Assembly: GCA_050014495.1 (NCBI GenBank)
Contig: JBEKDF010000005.1
Location: 1-64,000, forward strand
Direction: 5' to 3'
Length of the DNA: 64,000 nucleotides
Origin: Candidatus Bathyarchaeia archaeon
GTDB lineage: Archaea > Thermoproteota > Bathyarchaeia > TCS64
The notes beneath the pieces were generated by a model, which was not told the DNA's origin, searched no databases, and was given only the letters and a program-made list of their open reading frames with translations. Shown here in pieces: positions 57,171 to 64,000 of the stretch (position 1 is the stretch's first letter; each line of letters starts with the position of its first letter). Made by a program: the position numbers and the translations under genes.

Positions 57171-58583
57171 GTGTACCCTTTGTCGCGCCATGCCGAGCTG
57201 AGAGAGCTTCAATTACCCAACTTTGGCACCCCCACGGTGGAGCCGACCATCCCCCCCGAAACCTATCTCAATAGGATCGAAAAACTACGTACAAAGGCGC
57301 TTGAACGAGGATACGATTCGTTCATCGTTTATGGTGACCGGGAGCACTTCGCTAACGTCGCATGGCTCACCGGCTACGACCCACGATTCGAGGAGGCCCT
57401 CCTAATTATCGACCTTAAGAATGAAACGAAACCCCTCCTCGTCGTCGGTAACGAGGGTAAGGGTTACACGGGGATAAGCCCCATCGAAAAGAAGCTGCGA
57501 ATTGCCATCTACCAGAGCTTCAGCCTCGTCAGTCAACCCCGGGGGGAGAGCAGACCCCTAAAGGCGATCCTCCGCCTTGGTGGGATCAAGAGAGGTGGCA
57601 AAGTGGGTGTAGCTGGTTGGAAGTACTTCACAGACATCGAGGTGAATGACTATGAGGCGACCTTTGAGATACCCAGCTACATCGCCGACACAGTCAGAAA
57701 GATGGCGGGAAAGGGTAACCTTACTAACGCCAACGCCTTACTTATCCACCCCACCGAGGGTATCCGTGCAATCAATGACGTTGACCAGCTCGCCAGATTC
57801 GAGTATATAGGTACACAGACTAGCCAGGCGCTACGCGACGTTCTCTTCAACCTCCGCCCCGGCATGACTGAGTATGATGCTGTTCGCCTCATGAGGCTGA
57901 ACGGCCTTCCCTTGAGCTGTCACCTGATGCTCAGCACTGGGCCGAGGGCATCAATGGGGCTGCCGAGCCCGTGCAGTCGGGTAATCGAGCGGGGCGATCC
58001 ATTCACGATGGCATACGGGGCATGGGGAAGTCTGAACTCGCGTGCTGGCTTCGTGGTTGAGTCAGAATCAGAGCTACCGAGGGCGATCAGGGACTATATC
58101 CCCAAGTTGGTCGCGCCTTACTTCGAGGCGATAGCTGATTGGTACGAGAAGCTCAGGATAGGAGCCACAGGGGGAGAGCTCTGGAAGGCGATCCACGACC
58201 GCATCGGCGACCCTTTCTACGGGGTCTACCTAAACCCTGGCCACCTCACAAGCCTCGAAGAGTGGCTGAGCAGCCCATCATACAAGGGATCAAAGGAGAA
58301 GCTTGCCTCAGGCATGGCGATTCATGTTGACATAATCCCAGGTACGGGCACGAGGTACTACACGACGAACATCGAGGACGGGCTCTGCCTCACCGACGCT
58401 AAGCTAAAGAAGGAATTCGAGGGTAGATACCCGGAAGCGTGGGAGCGTATACAGGTACGCCGCGCCTTCATGACTGAGGAACTTGGGTTGAGAATCGCCC
58501 CCGAGGTCTTACCCTTCAGCAACATACCTGCTTACCTCCCGCCCTTCATCCTTTCCCCCAACCGGGCAATGAGGATGGCTTAG
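57171..58583 (+). CDS. M24/aminopeptidase-P-like protein
   Basis: VYGDREH.AN..WLTGYDPRFEEAL creatinase-like N-domain; LNPGHL, EDG. Confidence 0.65.
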   Translation: MYPLSRHAELRELQLPNFGTPTVEPTIPPETYLNRIEKLRTKALERGYDSFIVYGDREHFANVAWLTGYDPRFEEALLIIDLKNETKPLLVVGNEGKGYTGISPIEKKLRIAIYQSFSLVSQPRGESRPLKAILRLGGIKRGGKVGVAGWKYFTDIEVNDYEATFEIPSYIADTVRKMAGKGNLTNANALLIHPTEGIRAINDVDQLARFEYIGTQTSQALRDVLFNLRPGMTEYDAVRLMRLNGLPLSCHLMLSTGPRASMGLPSPCSRVIERGDPFTMAYGAWGSLNSRAGFVVESESELPRAIRDYIPKLVAPYFEAIADWYEKLRIGATGGELWKAIHDRIGDPFYGVYLNPGHLTSLEEWLSSPSYKGSKEKLASGMAIHVDIIPGTGTRYYTTNIEDGLCLTDAKLKKEFEGRYPEAWERIQVRRAFMTEELGLRIAPEVLPFSNIPAYLPPFILSPNRAMRMA

Positions 58584-58625
58584 ATCGTCGACTGTTTTTT
58601 AAGTGGTTAAGTCTAAAACACCCCC

Positions 58626-60005
58626 ATGCAAGGCGTAATAGGCGTCTATTCTAAGGAGGATGTTGGGACGAAGAGCCTCTACACCCTCTACGGCGTCCAG
58701 CATAGGGGGCAAGAGAGTGCTGGAGTCGCCGTGGCTGGGGACAGGAGCCTCAGGGTCTGGAGTGGGACGGGCCTCGTCTCACGCGTCTTCGACGAGCGTT
58801 ATACCCCCTTCAGCCACCCCGACGACTACGCTGTAATTGGCTGCGCCTCGGGGGAGAGTATAGAGGGCGGCCTTCCGCCATATGTCCTCGAGACCGAACG
58901 ATACAAGATAGCAATCACCCTCGATGGCTATATCCCGAAGAAGCAGGGTGAGTCGAATGAGAATGCGTTCCTCAATATCCTCGAGGAGAAGCTACAGGTG
59001 ACGAGTATAATCCCAGCTATGCGGGAATCAATGTGGAGCCTACCCACAGCCTACTTCAGCCTCGTCGCTGTCGCCCTGGACAAGAAGGAGGAGGAAAGCA
59101 CGCTCATCGCGGTACGTGACCCAAGGGGAGTGAGGCCTCTTCATGTCGCTCGTACGAAGACAAAACTCTTCCTCGCCTCCGAGTCTGCGCCTGTAGACGT
59201 CCTTGAGGAAATGGGTGAGTCTTTCGACGACAGGAGGGACGTTGTCCCTGGCTCGATGATTTACATGAACAAGGAGGGGATCAGGGAAGAGCAGGTAATA
59301 GAGCCTCACCCCGCTCACTGCGCCTTCGAGTGGGTTTACTTTGGCCGCCCCGACTCCGTGCTAGAGGGGAAGAGTGTACATGTCGCCCGCAAAAACCTCG
59401 GCCACGCACTAGTCAAGACACACGGCCTCAAGAGACTGTACAGCGTCGAAAAGGGACCTAAGAGCTACCTAGCTATCATTCCCGTCCCAGATTCCGGGAG
59501 AAGCGTCTGCACCGGAGTAGCCGAGGGCCTTGGGGTCCCTGCTGACGAGGGCATAATCAAGAACGCGTACCTTGGCCGTACATACCTCATCTACGATCCC
59601 TCCTTCAGGAAGACTGCTTCTGACCTGAAGCACAACGTGATACGTGCAACGGTGGGCGGGAAGAAGATAGCAATCTGCGACGACAGCATAGTCAGGGGAA
59701 CCGTTAGCGAGTCGGTCGCGAAGAGCCTCCGCAAGGCCGGCGCCACAGAGGTTGATTACCTAGTCAGCTATGCCCCCATAGTTAACCCATGCTTCAGCGA
59801 CCCGGCCGACAAGCCTCTCGCTGCGAAGCCTTTCAAGGGGAAGAGCATCGAAGAGATCGGACGCCTCGTTGCTAAGGGGCTCCCCAGCATCGATCACATC
59901 CTCTACAACACACCTGAGAACGTAGTCGAGGCCATCGGCTTACCTCTTGAGAAGATATGTACATTCTGTATAACTGGCGTCAACCCCTTCAGGAAGGTCG
60001 AGTAA
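58626..60005 (+). CDS. purF: Amidophosphoribosyltransferase-like protein lacking the N-terminal catalytic Cys
   Basis: QHRGQESAG, RDP.G.RPL, C.FE.VYF.RPDS, PVPDSG, DDSIVRGT, PC...C..C; begins MQGVIG. Confidence 0.8.
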   Translation: MQGVIGVYSKEDVGTKSLYTLYGVQHRGQESAGVAVAGDRSLRVWSGTGLVSRVFDERYTPFSHPDDYAVIGCASGESIEGGLPPYVLETERYKIAITLDGYIPKKQGESNENAFLNILEEKLQVTSIIPAMRESMWSLPTAYFSLVAVALDKKEEESTLIAVRDPRGVRPLHVARTKTKLFLASESAPVDVLEEMGESFDDRRDVVPGSMIYMNKEGIREEQVIEPHPAHCAFEWVYFGRPDSVLEGKSVHVARKNLGHALVKTHGLKRLYSVEKGPKSYLAIIPVPDSGRSVCTGVAEGLGVPADEGIIKNAYLGRTYLIYDPSFRKTASDLKHNVIRATVGGKKIAICDDSIVRGTVSESVAKSLRKAGATEVDYLVSYAPIVNPCFSDPADKPLAAKPFKGKSIEEIGRLVAKGLPSIDHILYNTPENVVEAIGLPLEKICTFCITGVNPFRKVE

Positions 60006-60286
60006 TCTATAGTGGGTAACTCTTCTCCTCTAAGAGGCAAAGAACCCCTATATATCTCCTTGATATCTCGGGATGCTCTATCTTGACAGGATAGATCCCT
60101 CCGACCTCAAGGTGGCGAGGGCGTTACTTAGCTCACCCTTACTTACGCACAGTCGAGCAGTATTTTTTCCCACCTAATACCTACTGCCGTAGATCCGGAG
60201 CCTGACAATCGTAGAGACTCCTCGCTATGATTTTTGGCGTTGAAGTCGACGCAGGGGATATAACGGCGCGTCTTCAATTTGGGGGC

Positions 60287-61045
60287 ATGGGAGCACCGAG
60301 AACGGTCACCGTCGTTGGCTTCAAGGCCGCCAGAAAGACACAGGTCGTCGAGGCGCTAGTCGCTGAGTTGACGCGAAGAGGGTACCGAGTGGGCACATTG
60401 AAACACACGGCGGATGAACATCCCCTAGATAAGCAGTGGACGGACACTTGGCGTCACGTGGAAGCGGGTGCCGTCTCGTCCGCGATCCTATCTGACAATA
60501 GGACCGCTATATTCCTCAAGCGGGCAATGAGCCTGCAGAGGGCTGCGGATGCCCTTGGCGATGTCGACTTTATAATCATGGAGGGGTTCAAGGCCCTCGA
60601 CGTAGCACCGCGGATCATGGTGCCAAGGACTCAAGATGAGGTCGCCACCCTAATGACGGGGCTTGAGATAGCTGTAGTTGATGTCGAAGGAAATATGCTC
60701 GACACCGGTACTTTACCATCGATAAAACTAAGTGACACTGTTGCCCTCACGGACATCGTTGAGAAGCGGGCATATCCGATGCTTGCAGGGTTGGACTGTA
60801 AAGCGTGTGGTTTCCCGACGTGCAGAGAGCTGGGGAAAACAATTCTGACAGGGGAAAGAAAGGCGGAGAGCTGCGTTAAGTACAGCCACGATGTACTCCT
60901 TAGGGTCGACAGTTCCGTAATCCCCCTGAACAAGTTCACTGGTAGCGCCCTCGTCAACGTCGTCCTCGGCTTCATGAAGACCCTGAAAGGCTCCGAAGCC
61001 CCACACCAAGTAGAGCTGGAGTTCGAGGTGAAGAAAGATGCCTGA
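60287..61045 (+). CDS. mobB: Molybdopterin-guanine dinucleotide biosynthesis protein B with C-terminal Fe-S domain
   Basis: VVG....KT, GYRVGTLKH, D..TDTWRH..AGA, EGFK, LDCKACGFPTC. Confidence 0.85.
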   Translation: MGAPRTVTVVGFKAARKTQVVEALVAELTRRGYRVGTLKHTADEHPLDKQWTDTWRHVEAGAVSSAILSDNRTAIFLKRAMSLQRAADALGDVDFIIMEGFKALDVAPRIMVPRTQDEVATLMTGLEIAVVDVEGNMLDTGTLPSIKLSDTVALTDIVEKRAYPMLAGLDCKACGFPTCRELGKTILTGERKAESCVKYSHDVLLRVDSSVIPLNKFTGSALVNVVLGFMKTLKGSEAPHQVELEFEVKKDA

Positions 61046-61769
61046 GGAGCTGCACATCTGCGTCGACAGCAACGAGGCTAGCAGCCACCGAGACCTACTC
61101 AACTACCTACGCTTATCCGGCGTCACCGTCGACATCAAAAAGCTGACGGTCTGTGACTACGTCGTCTCCGATCGCGTCGGAGTGGAGAGGAAGGACGCGG
61201 GCGACTTCCTCGGTAGCATAATGGATGGACGTCTCTTCAGCCAGGCGAAGGCGATGGCGGAGGCATACGAGAAGCCGATAATTATCCTGGAGGGGACAAT
61301 AAGCAGGGCGCTGAAGAGGAGCGCTATAAAGCCCGCCTCCGTCTACGGAGCGCTGAGCAGCGTCGCCCTCGATTATGGTATCAGTGTCCTCCCCACGGAG
61401 GATATCGACTCCACCGCCATGCTCCTGCAGCGTCTAGCTTACCGGGAGCAGGCGAAGGACAACCGCGCGATTCAACTACGTGCCGTGGACAGGAGCCTAC
61501 CCCTAAACAAACAGCAGCTCTTCCTTCTCAGTGGGTTCCCCCAGATCGGGACTGCTTCGGCAGAGGATCTGCTGGAGAGCTTCGATACCCCACTTAGGGT
61601 CATCGAGGAACTCGCATCAGCCGAGATAAAGATCTCCGCTAGTGGGAAGACTAAGAAGCTCAAGGGGCCACTTACCGAGGTCGGAGGCATAGGCCCAACG
61701 ATAGTGGAGTATGCGCAGACGCTCCTCAAGAGTAGCTACCGAGTAGCCTGCTCCGAGAACCTTGACTGA
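61038..61769 (+). CDS. xpf: XPF/ERCC4 structure-specific nuclease, short form
   Basis: VDS.E, DYVVS..V.VERK...DF..S..DGRL..Q, HhH P.IG...A..LL..F. Confidence 0.88.
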   Translation: MPEELHICVDSNEASSHRDLLNYLRLSGVTVDIKKLTVCDYVVSDRVGVERKDAGDFLGSIMDGRLFSQAKAMAEAYEKPIIILEGTISRALKRSAIKPASVYGALSSVALDYGISVLPTEDIDSTAMLLQRLAYREQAKDNRAIQLRAVDRSLPLNKQQLFLLSGFPQIGTASAEDLLESFDTPLRVIEELASAEIKISASGKTKKLKGPLTEVGGIGPTIVEYAQTLLKSSYRVACSENLD

Positions 61770-61810
61770 CCCAGATCTGCTTTATTTTAAACGGAAAAAT
61801 TGGATAATCA

Positions 61811-62090
61811 ATGGAGTCGTTTATCCACACGTTCTCGATTAAGATTCTTCTAGTACTTCTAAAGTCAAGGAGGCGGATGACGCTGGAGGAGCTAGTCAAG
61901 GAGATGGGTGAACAGCACGGGAGCATAACCCACACTATCGATACTGTGAGAAGCAAGACTCGTCGCAGCTTTCTAGGCGAGGTGCACCACACGAGTAGGA
62001 TGTCTACCTCACATCCATGGGCGGACGTGTTGAGAAGCTGAAGGAGATTGAGGACCTAGTGGGATGGACGAAGCTAGGCAGCATTTCCTA
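61811..62090 (+). pseudogene. Degraded winged-helix regulator
   Basis: KILL.LL.....TLEELVKE in one frame; L*EARLV and VYLTSMG.RVEKLKEIE in a shifted frame. Confidence 0.45.
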
Positions 62091-62651
62091 ATACTGAATG
62101 CCCACAGTCGAGACGAAGGACTTCATCGCCTTAACCTCTTTGACCTCGTTGACGAAGTCGGCTCTGTCAATAAGTGAGTTAGGCGCGTATCTCCCGGTCA
62201 AAATGGCGTCCATCGCTGGTGGGAGTTTCTCGAGTAGGGCGATCACATCCACGCTCTCGACTATTCCCATATGAGCCGCGAGGCAAACCTCGTCAAGGAT
62301 GATCAACTCGGGTGGATGATCTCCTAAGATTACCTCCTCGGCATACTTCAGCGCTTTCTTAGCTGCTACTTTGTCCTCCTCCGTTATACTTCTTAGGCTA
62401 GCCTTGAAGCCGCCCACATCGACATCAGTGCCAGCCTTTCCCATCTTTATCCAGCCGGGTCTACCAAACTGCTTAATCTCGTAGAGGGGAGCCAGGGTCT
62501 TAGCAGCCTTATACTCACCCGTCTTTTTCCAGTACTTTAGGAACTGGATAACGACTACGTGATGGCCATGGCCGAGGGATCTGAGGGCTAGGCCGAGGGA
62601 GGCGGCGGTCTTGCCTCCGCCTGTGCCGTAGTAGAGATATATATGTCCCAT
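62088..62651 (-). CDS. cobO: Cob(I)yrinic acid a,c-diamide adenosyltransferase (CobO/BtuR)
   Basis: Y.G.GGGKT.ASLG.A.R.LGHG..V.VIQFLK, ILDE, LTGR.AP..LI..AD.V.E, GI.Y. Confidence 0.9.
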   Translation of the reverse strand: MGHIYLYYGTGGGKTAASLGLALRSLGHGHHVVVIQFLKYWKKTGEYKAAKTLAPLYEIKQFGRPGWIKMGKAGTDVDVGGFKASLRSITEEDKVAAKKALKYAEEVILGDHPPELIILDEVCLAAHMGIVESVDVIALLEKLPPAMDAILTGRYAPNSLIDRADFVNEVKEVKAMKSFVSTVGIQY

Positions 62652-62656
62652 GGTTG

Positions 62657-64000
62657 TCACCCACAGACCTCGCAGCCCTCGACGGGACGGCCACCGGCGT
62701 ACTCAGCCTCAGCAGTTGCAACCTTCTCCTCGCCTCGGGCTTCAACGCCGAGGTTAAGGACTTGAGCGCCCTTGCTCCCGTATCGATATATGGTTACTCC
62801 CTTGCAGTGGAGATCGTGGGCGAGGCGGTAGACACTCTCCACGTCGCCTATGCTAGCATCTTCGGGGAGGTTGACTGTCTTGGAGACGGCGTTCTCCGTG
62901 TACTTCTGCCAGGCCGCCTGTATCCTAACATGCCACTCGGGTTTTATATCATGAGCGGTGACGAAGAGGCGACGAATGTCCTCAGGGACGCCATTCACAT
63001 CCTTGATGGTGCCATGGCTCACAATCTTTTCGAGGCTCTCGCCACCGTAGAAGCCGCGGTTCTTCGCCATCTTTTCAAAGATGGGATGGAGTTCGAAGAG
63101 ACGAGCTCCCTCGAGGACGTGGCGCATAAAGGCGATGGCGAAGAGTGGCTCGATGCCCGAAGAGCAACCAGCGATGATACTTATTGTGCCTGTGGGGGCG
63201 ATGGTGGTCACTGTTGCGTTCCTACGGGCCCTGTACTTGCCCTTCCAGATGCTCCACTCGAAGTTGGGGAATGAGCCGCGCTTAAGTCCTAGCTCCTCAG
63301 AGGCATGCGCTGATTCCTCCTCAATGAACTTCGCTATCTCCTCGCCGATTTCTACAGCCCTCTCTGAGTCGTAGGGAACTCCAATGAGGATGAGGAGGTC
63401 AGCGAATCCCATGATCCCGAGGCCAATCTTCCTATTCGCCTTTGTGATTGCATCGGTCTCCTTGAGGGGATAGGGGTTTACATCTATGACATTGTCTAGG
63501 AACCTGATGGCAGTCCGTATCGTGGCGCGGAGTTTCTCCCAGTCGATTGAGGCGTCCACCTTTAGCATCTTGGAAAGGTTGATGCTGCCGAGGTTGCAGG
63601 ACTCGTAGGGAAGGAGGGGTTGCTCTCCACAGGGGTTCGTCGACTCCATCGCGCCGACCCTAGGGGTCGGGTTGTACCTATTCACCTCGTCTATAAAGAC
63701 GATGCCGGGGTCCCCGCTCCTCCAAGCGTTGTCGATTATTCTGTCCCATACATAGCGGGCGCTGAGCCGCTTCGCCGACTTTCCCGTCCTTGGGTTGATG
63801 AGATCGTAGTCTTGGTTTTTCTCTACGGCCTCCATAAAGGCGTCGGTTACAGTGACGCTTATATTGAAGTTGGTGAGGACGCCAGGGCGAGTCTTGGATG
63901 TCACGAATTCGATGATGTCGGGGTGGTCGACTCGGAGGATTGCCATCATGGCACCGCGGCGGCGGCCCCCTGCTTTTATGACCTCGGTTGTGGCGTCGAA
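62657..64000 (-). CDS. nrdJ: Adenosylcobalamin-dependent (class II) ribonucleotide reductase; 5' end outside the window
   Basis: Frame open to the window edge (IKAGGRRRGAMM), HPDI.EF, TNPCGEQPL, CNLGSINL, TIAPTGTIS, KG.TIYR.GS, C-terminal CEVC. Confidence 0.93.
   Translation of the reverse strand, partial: FDATTEVIKAGGRRRGAMMAILRVDHPDIIEFVTSKTRPGVLTNFNISVTVTDAFMEAVEKNQDYDLINPRTGKSAKRLSARYVWDRIIDNAWRSGDPGIVFIDEVNRYNPTPRVGAMESTNPCGEQPLLPYESCNLGSINLSKMLKVDASIDWEKLRATIRTAIRFLDNVIDVNPYPLKETDAITKANRKIGLGIMGFADLLILIGVPYDSERAVEIGEEIAKFIEEESAHASEELGLKRGSFPNFEWSIWKGKYRARRNATVTTIAPTGTISIIAGCSSGIEPLFAIAFMRHVLEGARLFELHPIFEKMAKNRGFYGGESLEKIVSHGTIKDVNGVPEDIRRLFVTAHDIKPEWHVRIQAAWQKYTENAVSKTVNLPEDASIGDVESVYRLAHDLHCKGVTIYRYGSKGAQVLNLGVEARGEEKVATAEAEYAGGRPVEGCEVCG

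Noticed and set aside
60006..60286. Possible ncRNA or small gene between purF and mobB
   Set aside because: No convincing ORF, tRNA fold or extended pairing found by eye.
62654..63374. Long + strand ORFs (206 and 97 aa) and similar ORFs opposite polB1, atpA, ABCE1 and the hydrogenase genes
   Set aside because: Antisense to well-supported genes and without recognisable motifs.
1..64000. CRISPR arrays, tRNA/rRNA genes, IS elements, proviral or defence genes
   Set aside because: No regularly spaced repeats, cloverleaf or rRNA signatures, or transposase/integrase motifs were seen; a tRNAscan-SE and Infernal run would be needed to be sure.

Overview
Gene-dense archaeal chromosomal window. PolB1, a short XPF, ABCE1, A-type ATPase subunits, GGTGA/GGAGG ribosome-binding sites and T-tract terminators point to a TACK archaeon, most likely Bathyarchaeia (inference). 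From left to right it holds: an HtrA protease with a divergent ArsR-type regulator and membrane protein; a surface-glycan patch (UDP-sulfoquinovose synthase, two very AT-rich glycosyltransferases, a Stealth phosphotransferase); a Zn-ribbon/CdvA-like protein; an Opp peptide ABC transporter with peptidases; a complex-I-like group 4 [NiFe]-hydrogenase operon with its maturation protease; the soluble A1Ao ATP synthase genes (no subunit a or c); a second HtrA; queT; asnS; polB1; speB; tag; arsM; ABCE1; xylAB; a PurF-like gene; mobB; xpf; cobO; and a partial class II ribonucleotide reductase. I found no rRNA, tRNA, CRISPR array, transposase or integrase by eye. The best novelty candidate is a ~60-nt 5' leader of queT with two mutually exclusive folds, one of which is a pseudoknot hiding the ribosome-binding site (possible archaeal preQ0/preQ1-type riboswitch). 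Other candidates are a circularly permuted OppA, a glutaminase-dead PurF, an archaeal Stealth protein, a second intergenic pseudoknot, recurrent purine-pyrimidine alternating tracts and a probable ATC start codon. All family calls are by motif recognition only; no searches were run.
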